The notes under the pieces were generated by a model. That model was not told where the DNA came from, did not search any database, and saw only the letters and a program-made list of their open reading frames with translations. Of a DNA stretch of 64,000 nucleotides, positions 36,701-44,820 are shown piece by piece. Position 1 is the stretch's first letter. Each line of letters opens with the position of its first letter. A program made the position numbers and the translations under genes. This DNA comes from Bacteroidota bacterium (GTDB lineage: Bacteria; Bacteroidota; Bacteroidia; B-17B0; Aurantibacillaceae), in NCBI GenBank assembly GCA_048498515.1, contig JBEHXV010000020.1:5474-69473 (forward strand), given 5' to 3'.

Positions 36701-37950
36701 ATCCTAAAATTTTAAAAGATCCTGAACGTGGTGCTGAGGCCAATAAATTATTTAATGACGCACAGCAAATGCTAAAAAAAATAATTACTGAAAAATGGCT
36801 GACAGCAAAAGCAGTCATTGGCATCTATCCTGCCAATACAGTAAACCACGATGACACGGAAGTATATGATGAAAGCGGAAAAACCATTACCACATTCTAT
36901 TCGTTACGTCAGCAAAGTAAAAAACCGGCCGGACAATACAACGTGGCTTTGTCGGATTTTATAAAACCAAAAGACCTCACCCCTAACCCCTCTCTAAAGG
37001 AGAGGGGGACCGGATACAACTCCGGTCGGTTCTCGTCGGCACCGAACTATTTTTTAAGTTCAGAGGCAGACTGGGCTAATACAATTGATTATGCAAAAGA
37101 AAACAGAAAAAACCCTACAAAAGCAGAAGGCATATTATGGGATGCTTTAAGGAATAAAAAGCAGAATTACAAATTCAGAAGACAACACCCGATCAAACAA
37201 TTCATTCCTGACTTTGTGTGTATTGAAAAACGTCTGATAATTGAAGTTGATGGTTCCATTCATTTAAAGCAAAAAGAGAAAGACGAGAACCGGACCACAG
37301 AATTAAATAATCTCGGTTTTGATGTTATACGATTCACGAATGATGAAGTTGAAAATAACCTGGATAAAGTATTGGAAACAATTACAGAAGTTCTAAACTC
37401 CCCCCTCTCCTTTGGAGAGGGGCCGGGGGTGAGGTCCACCGACTACATAGGCGCTTTTGCCCTCACCACCGGGATTGGTATTGATGAGCACGTGGCCCGT
37501 TTTGAAGCCGACCACGATGATTACAGTGCCATTATGCTAAAAGCCCTGGCCGACCGTTTAGCAGAAGCCTTTGCGGAATTGATGCATAAAAAAGTACGTA
37601 AAGAGTTTTGGGGCTACGCCAAAAATGAGGATCTGAAAAATGAAGAATTGATTAAGGAAGAATATGCCGGTATTCGTCCTGCACCGGGCTACCCTGCCCA
37701 GCCCGACCATACCGAAAAGAACACGATCTGGAAATTGCTGGACGTGGAAAAGAACGCCGGAATTATTTTAACCGAAAGCCTGGCTATGGTGCCTACTGCG
37801 GCGGTAAGCGGCTTGTATTTTGCCCATCCCCAATCGCACTATTTCGGGATTGGCAAATTAAATAAAGAGCAGATTGAAGATTATGCCAGACGCAAAAACA
37901 TGAGTGTGGAAGCGGTTGAACGCTGGCTGGGAAGCGTATTGGCTTATTAA
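33796..37950 (+). CDS. metH: cobalamin-dependent methionine synthase carrying a 155-codon in-frame DUF559 cassette
   Basis: Hcy-binding N-terminus '[11 protein letters not shown]', pterin-binding region, B12 motif '[11 protein letters not shown]', and reactivation-domain 'DYIGAFA', '[22 protein letters not shown]' and 'IRPAPGYPA'. The ATG at 33796 is preferred over the track start at 33709, which overlaps the upstream gene. Length is 1384 aa against about 1227 aa for a typical MetH. Confidence 0.95.
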   Translation: MTSDIKQELEKRVLVIDGAMGSMIQQYKLTEKDFRGKRFADWHKDLQGNNDLLSITQPQIIKTIHKEYLKAGADIIETNTFSDTTIAMADYDMQEFVYELNYESAKIAKEAIAEFKIEFPEFASVPKFVAGAIGPTNRTLSLSPNVNDPGFRAITFDELAEAYTEQVRGLIDGGADLLLIETIFDTLNAKAALYAIQNYCQKIDKKMPVMVSGTITDASGRTLSGQTTEAFLNSVSHVDLLSVGLNCALGAKDMRPYLEELSNKAPFYVSAYPNAGLPNQFGEYDQDAHEMGHQIEDFLKAGFLNIVGGCCGTTPAHIKRIAEIAKDAKPRKKPQPDTLMHLSGLEPYTLTPESNFLNVGERTNVTGSKKFLRLIKEGNFEEALSIAKEQVDGGAQVIDVNMDEGMLDSEQSMTTFLNLIASEPDISRVPIMIDSSKWTVIEAGLKCVQGKAIVNSISLKEGEEKFIEQALKIKQYGAAVIVMAFDEVGQADTLERRKEICKRAYDILVDKVNFPAQDIIFDPNIFPVATGMEEHRLNALDFFNSTKWIKENLPHAKVSGGVSNVSFSFRGNDHVREAIHGAFLYHAVKNGMDMGIVNPAQLQVYDDIDKTLLELVEDVLLNRRDDATERLVEHAESLKGITKEKTEKDEEWRKGTVEERLSHALVKGLVEYIDSDTEEARQKLGRPLHVIEGPLMAGMNVVGDLFGSGKMFLPQVVKSARVMKKAVAYLEPYLLKEKEENAKAGIVSAGRTNAGKILMATVKGDVHDIGKNIVGVVLACNNYEIIDLGVMVSCDKILEEAKKHEVDVIGLSGLITPSLDEMVHVAKEMERLNFKTPLLIGGATTSKVHTAVKIAQNYSGPVVHVNDASKSVPVASSLISRELRDAFMSDVNKDYERVREQNKNAQSQNKLISLAEARENKFPIDWAKTEIVKPAFTGNKVFDNYDLSEIAEYIDWTPFFHSWEMKGSYPKILKDPERGAEANKLFNDAQQMLKKIITEKWLTAKAVIGIYPANTVNHDDTEVYDESGKTITTFYSLRQQSKKPAGQYNVALSDFIKPKDLTPNPSLKERGTGYNSGRFSSAPNYFLSSEADWANTIDYAKENRKNPTKAEGILWDALRNKKQNYKFRRQHPIKQFIPDFVCIEKRLIIEVDGSIHLKQKEKDENRTTELNNLGFDVIRFTNDEVENNLDKVLETITEVLNSPLSFGEGPGVRSTDYIGAFALTTGIGIDEHVARFEADHDDYSAIMLKALADRLAEAFAELMHKKVRKEFWGYAKNEDLKNEELIKEEYAGIRPAPGYPAQPDHTEKNTIWKLLDVEKNAGIILTESLAMVPTAAVSGLYFAHPQSHYFGIGKLNKEQIEDYARRKNMSVEAVERWLGSVLAY
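36973..37010 (+). repeat. left terminal inverted repeat of the DUF559 cassette (contains hairpin 36987-37007)
   Basis: GACCTCACCCCTAACCCCTCTCTAAAGGAGAGGGGGAC. It matches the reverse complement of 37399-37437 at about 32 of 36 aligned positions. Confidence 0.85.
37399..37437 (+). repeat. right terminal inverted repeat of the DUF559 cassette (contains perfect 9-bp hairpin 37402-37422)
   Basis: TCCCCCCTCTCCTTTGGAGAGGGGCCGGGGGTGAGGTCC. CCCCTCTCC-TTT-GGAGAGGGG is self-complementary. Confidence 0.85.
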
Positions 37951-37958
37951 CAGATGGT

Positions 37959-38459
37959 ATGACAGTAGAAACTCTTGTTAAAACGCTTGATTTATTGCCC
38001 CATCCGGAAGGTGGGTATTATAAGGAAACGTACCGTTCGCCTCTGAAATTGTCGGCGCAATGTTTGCCGTCTGATTTTAGCGGAGAAAGAAATATTGCCA
38101 CGGGCATTTACTTCCTGATTGAAAAAGGAAACTTCTCCGCTTTACATAAAATTAAAAGCGACGAAACCTGGCATTTTTATTTTGGCGACGCGCTTGATGT
38201 TATTGAGATTGACGAAACAGGGAATTTAAAAATAACGGCTATTGGTTCGGATCTTTTAAAACGAGAATCGTTTCAATATACCGTAAAAGCCAATACCTGG
38301 TTTGGGTCGAGAGTGAGATCAGGCGGCAATTTTTCTCTCGTTGGTTGTACGGTTTATCCCGGCTTTGATTTTGCTGATTTTGAAATGGCCAAACGATCCG
38401 TCCTCATCAACCAATTTCCTCAACACACAAGCATTATTACCGAATTAACAAGGATTTAA
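37959..38459 (+). CDS. cupin (DUF985) family protein
   Basis: The 'L.PHPEGGYYKETYRS' N-terminus is diagnostic of DUF985 cupins. The gene starts 8 nt after the metH stop. Confidence 0.8.
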   Translation: MTVETLVKTLDLLPHPEGGYYKETYRSPLKLSAQCLPSDFSGERNIATGIYFLIEKGNFSALHKIKSDETWHFYFGDALDVIEIDETGNLKITAIGSDLLKRESFQYTVKANTWFGSRVRSGGNFSLVGCTVYPGFDFADFEMAKRSVLINQFPQHTSIITELTRI

Positions 38460-38516
38460 GAATTATAGCAAATTAATGTAATTTTGATTTGCTATATTTA
38501 CTCATCCTAAACTGTT

Positions 38517-38900
38517 ATGAAGACTTTTGAGACCAATGCATACACCATGAATGTTCATGATGATTTGTTGATTGAATTTAAAGTTAAAAAAAATGTTACC
38601 CTGCAGGCTAGTGATGTATGGGAATCGAGGGACCAATCCGTGAACCACATTCCGGGTAAAAAATTCATGGTTTTGTTTGAAGGCGACGATAACTCCGATG
38701 TATCAGGCGATGCACGCCGTGCCGGCGCTTCGCTGGAATATACCAAACACGTAGCAGCCTTGGCTTTATACAGTAACAAGTTTCATGAGAACATCATTGG
38801 CAATTTATTCCTAAAGATCAACAAACCCCTTGTTCCTACCAAATTTTTTGACGACAGGAACAATGCGATTGCCTGGCTAAGAACCTTTCAAAAACCTTAA
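38517..38900 (+). CDS. hypothetical protein
   Basis: 127-aa ORF with clean intergenic spacing. No confident family. Confidence 0.45.
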   Translation: MKTFETNAYTMNVHDDLLIEFKVKKNVTLQASDVWESRDQSVNHIPGKKFMVLFEGDDNSDVSGDARRAGASLEYTKHVAALALYSNKFHENIIGNLFLKINKPLVPTKFFDDRNNAIAWLRTFQKP

Positions 38901-38983
38901 TAAAATGCTTATTTGTTAGCATTTTTTAGCGACACTATTTTATAATATATCGTTATATTTATACGACTACTATCTTATAAAAT

Positions 38984-40921
38984 ATGAAACACTTCCTTAT
39001 CCTATTCATTATACTTTTCACCCTTTTTTCCGCTTATTCTCAAAGCTTGCCACCAGGTGCTTACACCAGTACCAACAAAAAAGCAATTGCCTCCTACCTG
39101 GAAGGCAGAAAATACCTGGATGTGAGGAATTACGAAAAAGCCGAAGATAAATTTCAGGATGCCTTATCAAAAGACCCTGGGTTTATTGAGGCTCATACCC
39201 TAATGGGAACAGTGTACATGGAACAGGATAAACTGAAAGAAGCGATTGAAAGTTTTAAGAAAGCTCTTTCTCCCTATTTTGTAAGTAATTACTCCCAGCT
39301 TGGGGAATTGCAGTTTTATGCCGGAAGTTATTCAGATGCTAAAGTAACCCTCGAAAAATACCTTTCTTTCCCAAGAATTAATCCCAATACCAAAGAAAAA
39401 GCCGAATTTTTACTTAAATGTGCAAAGTTTGGGGAAGCTCAGTTGGCTTCTCCGCAAGCCATCAAACCCGTAAACATGGGCAGCAATATTAACTCCGAAA
39501 ACAGCGAGTATTTGCCCAGCATTAGTGCCGATATGAAATACTTTATGTTTACCAGGCAGTTCGTTAATCAAAAAAATTGCGGGGTTCAGGATGGACAGGA
39601 AGATTTTTACATTTCAACCGATGGTAAGCCGGCTGTACCTCTTCTTGAATTGAACTCCAAATGTAATGAGGGAGCGCCAGCCTTATCGGTTGCCGGCGAC
39701 TTTATGTTTTTTGCAGCCTGTGGCGAGCAGGATAATTCCTACATGGGAAATAATAACGGCTACGGAAGCTGCGATATTTTTTATTCTCAAAAAGTAAACG
39801 GCAAATGGACCAGGCCGGTGAATGTAGGCCCACCCATAAACACGGCCAACTGGGAAACACAGCCAAGTTTCAGCAGCGATGGAAAAACCTTGTATTTCAT
39901 ACGTGGTAGCACCAGGAATTATGTGGGTGATATTTATTACTCCGAAATAGGTGAAGATGGAAAGTTCCAGGAACCTGTTAGGCTTGGCAATACAGTTAAT
40001 ACCGACAAAAATGAGCAATCTGTCTTTATTCATCCTGATAATAACACACTTTACTTTACATCGAACGGAAGAGTTGGTATGGGTAAAACAGATATTTACC
40101 TGAGCCGCAGGCAAGCCGACGGTTCCTGGGGTGAAGCCATAAACCTTGGTTACCCCATTAATACCGTTGACCAGGAGTTTAAGCTGGTAGTAGGTCCTGA
40201 AAGTAAATACGGTTATTTCTCCAGCGAACGGGAAGGTGGTTTTGGTAACTCCGATATTTACCAGTTTGAATTGCCTGAATCCGTACGTCCCGAAAAAATA
40301 ACTTACGTTAAAGGGCATACCTTCAACGCAAAAACAAAAGAAGCCATCGACGCGTCCTTTGAATTAATTGACCTTGAAAGCCAGCAATCGGTTACCAAAT
40401 CCTTTAGCAACAACAAAGGCGAGTTCCTGGTAACACTTACCTCCAATCACAATTATTTGGTAAACGTGAGCAAGCCCGGTTACTTGTTTTACAGCGACAA
40501 CTTTTCACTAAAGGATAAAGAGGCCGATTATAATAAACCTTACCAGCTTGAAATTCCTTTACAACCAATTGATACAGGCATTATTGAATTGAAGAACATC
40601 TTTTTTGATGTGAATAAATGGGATCTGAAAAATGAATCCAAGGCTGAGCTTCAAAAGATCATCGCTTTCTTAAAGATCAATACCACTTTGAAAATAGAAT
40701 TTAGCGGACACACAGATAACAGTGGAGACAAGGCATTCAATAAAACCTTGTCGAACAATCGTGCAAAGGCTATTTATGATTATGTGATTGATAAAGGAGG
40801 AATCCCTGCCGCTCGCCTATCATACAAAGGTTACGGTGACACAAAACCTAAAGCGCCAAACGATACTCCCGAAAATAAAGCGAAAAACAGAAGAACAGAA
40901 TTGAAAGTATTAAGCAAATAA
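38984..40921 (+). CDS. OmpA-family protein with TPR and TolB-like (PD40) beta-propeller repeats
   Basis: Signal peptide, TPR-like helices, repeated 'E..PS.S.DG..L.F' PD40 motifs, and a C-terminal OmpA domain 'F....W.L........L..I...L.......I...GHTD..G....N..LS..RA..V..Y' with 'NRRTE'. Confidence 0.8.
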   Translation: MKHFLILFIILFTLFSAYSQSLPPGAYTSTNKKAIASYLEGRKYLDVRNYEKAEDKFQDALSKDPGFIEAHTLMGTVYMEQDKLKEAIESFKKALSPYFVSNYSQLGELQFYAGSYSDAKVTLEKYLSFPRINPNTKEKAEFLLKCAKFGEAQLASPQAIKPVNMGSNINSENSEYLPSISADMKYFMFTRQFVNQKNCGVQDGQEDFYISTDGKPAVPLLELNSKCNEGAPALSVAGDFMFFAACGEQDNSYMGNNNGYGSCDIFYSQKVNGKWTRPVNVGPPINTANWETQPSFSSDGKTLYFIRGSTRNYVGDIYYSEIGEDGKFQEPVRLGNTVNTDKNEQSVFIHPDNNTLYFTSNGRVGMGKTDIYLSRRQADGSWGEAINLGYPINTVDQEFKLVVGPESKYGYFSSEREGGFGNSDIYQFELPESVRPEKITYVKGHTFNAKTKEAIDASFELIDLESQQSVTKSFSNNKGEFLVTLTSNHNYLVNVSKPGYLFYSDNFSLKDKEADYNKPYQLEIPLQPIDTGIIELKNIFFDVNKWDLKNESKAELQKIIAFLKINTTLKIEFSGHTDNSGDKAFNKTLSNNRAKAIYDYVIDKGGIPAARLSYKGYGDTKPKAPNDTPENKAKNRRTELKVLSK

Positions 40922-41000
40922 TTACGAATCTATACGAATAGACGAATTTGTACTTTTCAGGATTTATACCATGATTCGTATATTCGTACCAATTCGTAAT
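40921..41000. repeat. inverted arrays of the TACGAAT heptamer forming a long imperfect hairpin
   Basis: Left arm ATTACGAAT-c-TATACGAAT-a-GACGAAT (40921-40947). Right arm ATTCGTA-t-ATTCGTA-cca-ATTCGTAAT (40974-41000). Three units face three units. Confidence 0.75.
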
Positions 41001-41006
41001 CAATAA

Positions 41007-41657
41007 ATGATAATAGGAAAAAACATAAAGAAACAGTACGGTCCTTTGGAGGTATTAAAAGGTGTAGATGTCCATATAGAGGCTTCCGAGGTAGTTTCGA
41101 TCGTAGGCTCGTCGGGAGCAGGAAAAACAACCTTGCTGACCATTTTGGGCACACTGGATAAAGCCAGTGCAGGAAACATTTCATTTAATGGCGTGGATAT
41201 TACGTCTTTGAATGAAAAAAAACTGGCTGCATTCCGAAACCAGCATATTGGGTTCGTCTTTCAGTTCCACCATTTGTTACCCGAATTTACCGCTTTGGAA
41301 AATGTCTGTATTCCGGCCTATATTAATAAGACGTCAAAAAAAGAAGCGGAACTAAAAGCGACCGAATTACTTGACCTTTTGGGATTGAAGCAACGTGCAG
41401 ATCATAAACCATCTGAATTATCGGGCGGGGAACAACAGCGTGTGGCTGTAGCCCGCGCTTTGATAAATAACCCAAAAGTTATTTTTGCCGATGAACCCAG
41501 CGGAAATCTTGACAGCGAGAATGCCCAAAACCTGCACCGCTTGTTTTTCAAACTACGCGACGAATTAAAACAAACCATTGTGGTGGTTACTCATAACGAA
41601 ACCCTGGCCGACATGGCTGATAGAAAACTAATGATGAAAGACGGTTTAATACAATAA
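41007..41657 (+). CDS. ABC transporter ATP-binding protein (LolD/MacB-type)
   Basis: Walker A 'GSSGAGKTT', signature 'LSGGEQQR', Walker B 'IFADEP', and 'VVTHN'. Confidence 0.85.
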   Translation: MIIGKNIKKQYGPLEVLKGVDVHIEASEVVSIVGSSGAGKTTLLTILGTLDKASAGNISFNGVDITSLNEKKLAAFRNQHIGFVFQFHHLLPEFTALENVCIPAYINKTSKKEAELKATELLDLLGLKQRADHKPSELSGGEQQRVAVARALINNPKVIFADEPSGNLDSENAQNLHRLFFKLRDELKQTIVVVTHNETLADMADRKLMMKDGLIQ

Positions 41658-41877
41658 TTAAAAACACATCAGCTTCTTCCCCAAAATATCCATCCCCGAA
41701 CTAAGAGCTATTATCCAACGAAGAAATGCTAAAAAGCTGTCAAAATTCAGCAAGCTTCTTCTGTGGATTAACTATGCCTTTATTATAAGCCTTATTGGCG
41801 CCATTGCCTCAAAGTATATCTCGCCCGACCACTTCTGGATCCTGGCATTTTTCGGATTAGGTTTCCCCGTTATTGTT

Positions 41878-42828
41878 TTGGCCAATATAGGCTTCTTTAT
41901 TTATTGGTTTGCCCAGTTTCGCATCCAGGCAGCTTTTTCGTTTGTAGCATTATTATTAAGCATTCAAACCTGCCTGGGCTTTGTGCAGGTCGACATTTCA
42001 AAACAAACCATTTCTAATAAAGACATTAAGATCATGAGCTACAACTCCATGTTGTTTGATTTGTATAACTGGACAAAAAACAAACAAAGCCGAAATATTA
42101 TCCTAACGACTCTTGCTGAAGAAAACCCTGACATACTTTGCCTCCAGGAATTTTACACCTCCGAGGAAAAAGGGGACTTTAACAATATTGACACTGTAAC
42201 GCACCTGCTGAACGCGAAAAATCATCACGTAGAGTATACCACTACTTTAAGAGGCAACGACCATTGGGGCATTGCCACTTTTACCAAATACCCTATTATT
42301 AAAAAAGGCAAAATAGAATTCAATACCAGCGCCAACAATATGTGCATTTATACCGACGTGGTGATTAAAGCAGATACCGTACGCATTTACAACATGCACC
42401 TGCAATCTATCCGTTTCAGCAAAGCCGATTATAAGTTCCTGGATGAAGTAAATAATGACACTACCGATACGAAAGACGAACTGGAAAAAAGCAAGAATAT
42501 TTTACGTCGCCTGAAAAGAGCATTCGTGAAACGGGCAACCCAGGCCGATGGCATAGCTGCTCATATTGAGAAATGTCCTTATAAGATCATTTTGTGTGGT
42601 GATTTTAATGACACTCCGGCTTCTTATGTGTATCACACTGTGAGAGGGAATTTAAAAGACGCGTTTATTGAATCAGGTTCAGGATTTGAGCAAACTTACA
42701 CTGGTAAATTTCCACGGTTCAGGATTGACTACATACTCCACAGTAAGGAATTCAAATCAAAGAACTACCATCACCTTTCCGAATCCCTGACAGATCATTA
42801 TCCGGTGGTAAGCTATGTTTCTTATTAG
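41878..42828 (+). CDS. endonuclease/exonuclease/phosphatase (EEP) family membrane protein; true start probably upstream
   Basis: 'D.LCLQEF', 'N.HL', 'GDFN' and 'SDH.P' type EEP motifs. The reading frame is open back to 41662 and encodes further TM segments but has no in-frame ATG. Confidence 0.7.
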   Translation: MANIGFFIYWFAQFRIQAAFSFVALLLSIQTCLGFVQVDISKQTISNKDIKIMSYNSMLFDLYNWTKNKQSRNIILTTLAEENPDILCLQEFYTSEEKGDFNNIDTVTHLLNAKNHHVEYTTTLRGNDHWGIATFTKYPIIKKGKIEFNTSANNMCIYTDVVIKADTVRIYNMHLQSIRFSKADYKFLDEVNNDTTDTKDELEKSKNILRRLKRAFVKRATQADGIAAHIEKCPYKIILCGDFNDTPASYVYHTVRGNLKDAFIESGSGFEQTYTGKFPRFRIDYILHSKEFKSKNYHHLSESLTDHYPVVSYVSY

Positions 42829-42947
42829 CTTTTGATTTTTATGGAACGCAAATAACGCTGATTGTTTATGCTAAAATAGGATGGCGAATACCCGAACTGA
42901 TTTAATCATTCAAATCATAACCATCTGTGTCATCAGCGTTCTATCCT

Positions 42948-44801
42948 TTAATCAAAAAACAACCAGTTCAATCCAAATTTAAAAGCCCTGTCGTTTTGCA
43001 GGTAGCCGGGTGTGAGCGAATAGTTTGTCCCCAGGAAACCCTGGGTAACATGGTCAATTTTCACAAAGAAACGCACCGGTTTTATACGCGCGCTCAAAAA
43101 GAAATCAATGAATGGGTAATTACCAACCGTTTTATCCGTTTGCACATAATATAAATTAGTAGCAGGCATGTAACCATAACCATAAAACTCGCTGTAATAC
43201 TGGCCCGAAAAACCAATTTGCAATTGCAAAGCTTTTTTAAATAAATTTCCCTGGAAGTACAAAGCGCCTGTAGCAATGTTATTGGGAACAGCTACAATGG
43301 TTTGATAAGAACTCGACTGGTAGGTAAAGCCCAAATTAATTCCCAGATGTTTAAATAGCAGCATGTCCTTTTTTACAAATAAGGCAATGTTTTGCACTGT
43401 TAAGGGCGTTTGCTGTGGGACAGCCATGTCGTCAAAATACAACATGTTCTTTACAGACTGGAATACCGCCCCTATTTCAAAACGTTTGTCCTGAGTGCCA
43501 ATGCTAAACAATCCCTGCATTTTTTCGGTTGGAACGAATGAATTGTTCCAGGCAAAATGATTGCTGTACCAGGTATTGTATATAAAATCGGGATGGCGTT
43601 TTTCAATTGCGGCATTCAATTTAACAACAAAGGGACTCTTAAATAAATTATAAGCAATTCTTTTGGTATAGCTATTATTGATCTCAATAGCATAATCACC
43701 GCTATTAGGCCCGCTGAAGATATAGTTCCCTTTTGCAAAACCTGTGTAGCCTTTTTTTGAGATATAAAATCCTGCATTTACCATTTGGTGGTTAAACGCT
43801 GAATCAAGGTATTGTTCTATCTGGTTCAACTCATGCTTATATCCTACCCTCAGTTTGGCATTAAGGGAGTTTAGTTTCAAGGTATAATTTACGCTGTTTG
43901 AAATGGTACGCCAGTGTGTAGAATCTTTTGTGGCATAAGGATCCATATAAAATACATTGTAAACACTGTCTGTATAAACACCATCATCCGTGTACTTACT
44001 ATAACTTCCTGAATAGTTGAACTGGTAATCAATAAAATGGGAAAGAACCGTGCTGCTGTCTTCTCTTTTATTGATCCGGAACCAGGGATTGATCTCGGCA
44101 TCTGTATGCCGCACTTCACGCCTGGCAGCGCTTAAATTAACCGGGAGCAATTGCTTGTTTACCCGTACATCTTCCAGGAACAGGCTGTCATCCGAAATAC
44201 CGCCGTTCTCATGGTGCTTTACCTTATTGAATAAAAAATAGGCATAATACCCAAACCTGCCATTAGTGGTTGTGTAATTGGTAGTGGTAAAGAAATTATT
44301 GGTAAAAGTTTGCTGGCGTTGGTAAAAGCCTAAACCACTATAACGGTTAAAACCCAGTGTAAGGTTCATTTTATTTTTAAAGGTATTCGAGAACAGCATT
44401 TTAAAACATTGCTCCTGCTTGCTGCCTGCAATACCGGTTAATGACGCGTAAGGGCCTTTGGTTTGATAATACTGAACGTTATCAGCGCTTATCATATCAT
44501 TGTCGTAAGGCGCATTGTATACATTAAAGCCTAACGCTTTAGGCTGGTAATTGATAAATAAAGGGGCCGAGGGCAAACCATAATTACCATTGGTATTCCT
44601 TGGAAAATAATTCTGGAAATTATTGATGGTCGTATCAATTTTGGAAGCTGAAAAGCCCTGCAAATTGCTTTTTTGGATGCCCGATAAGGTGCTGATGTAA
44701 TTGCTGTCGTTAGGATATTTTACCTGGGCAAAAGATGTAACATGAAATACAACCAGGCACAAAAATAGCCTGATACCAGAATTATATGTATGTGGTTGCA
44801 T
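42948..44801 (-). CDS. putative outer-membrane porin-like beta-barrel protein
   Basis: Signal peptide from the M at 44801 ('MQPHTYNSGIRLFLCLVVFHVTSFAQ'), a Y/F/N-rich beta-strand pattern, and a C-terminal 'FKFGLNWLFFD'. Confidence 0.55.
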   Translation of the reverse strand: MQPHTYNSGIRLFLCLVVFHVTSFAQVKYPNDSNYISTLSGIQKSNLQGFSASKIDTTINNFQNYFPRNTNGNYGLPSAPLFINYQPKALGFNVYNAPYDNDMISADNVQYYQTKGPYASLTGIAGSKQEQCFKMLFSNTFKNKMNLTLGFNRYSGLGFYQRQQTFTNNFFTTTNYTTTNGRFGYYAYFLFNKVKHHENGGISDDSLFLEDVRVNKQLLPVNLSAARREVRHTDAEINPWFRINKREDSSTVLSHFIDYQFNYSGSYSKYTDDGVYTDSVYNVFYMDPYATKDSTHWRTISNSVNYTLKLNSLNAKLRVGYKHELNQIEQYLDSAFNHQMVNAGFYISKKGYTGFAKGNYIFSGPNSGDYAIEINNSYTKRIAYNLFKSPFVVKLNAAIEKRHPDFIYNTWYSNHFAWNNSFVPTEKMQGLFSIGTQDKRFEIGAVFQSVKNMLYFDDMAVPQQTPLTVQNIALFVKKDMLLFKHLGINLGFTYQSSSYQTIVAVPNNIATGALYFQGNLFKKALQLQIGFSGQYYSEFYGYGYMPATNLYYVQTDKTVGNYPFIDFFLSARIKPVRFFVKIDHVTQGFLGTNYSLTPGYLQNDRAFKFGLNWLFFD

Positions 44802-44820
44802 TAAACGAATGGGTACAAAA

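Larger units (their letters stand above)
36973..37437 (+). mobile_element. TIR-bounded DUF559 (Vsr-like endonuclease fold) cassette inserted in frame in metH
   Basis: 465 nt (155 codons) with no stop and no ATG. It encodes '[48 protein letters not shown]......[23 protein letters not shown]' (DUF559 hallmark blocks). It is bounded by inverted repeats and interrupts the host sequence 'DFIKPKD|...|[10 protein letters not shown]'. Confidence 0.8.

Noticed and set aside
37027-37292. An 11-nt perfect internal inverted repeat within the cassette: CGGTTCTCGTC at 37027-37037 against GACGAGAACCG at 37282-37292.
   Set aside because: It is a single short match with no extension on either side. It could arise by chance at roughly the few-percent level in a region this size. 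It is noted but not treated as a structural feature without other copies to compare.
36973-37437. The metH insertion might be an intein.
   Set aside because: There is no Cys/Ser/Thr nucleophile at the N-terminal junction (the insert begins ...KPKD|LTPNP). There is no His-Asn before the C-terminal junction (it ends ...GPGVRS|TDY). No Hint-domain blocks are present. The nuclease is DUF559/Vsr-like rather than LAGLIDADG or HNH. The DNA-level inverted repeats are not an intein feature.
42850-42947. A segment resembling dispersed Bacteroidota repeat sequence ('...CATCTGTGTCATCAGCGTTCT...') lies downstream of the EEP gene.
   Set aside because: It occurs only once in this window and has no clear hairpin, so I cannot support calling it a repeat without genome-wide data.
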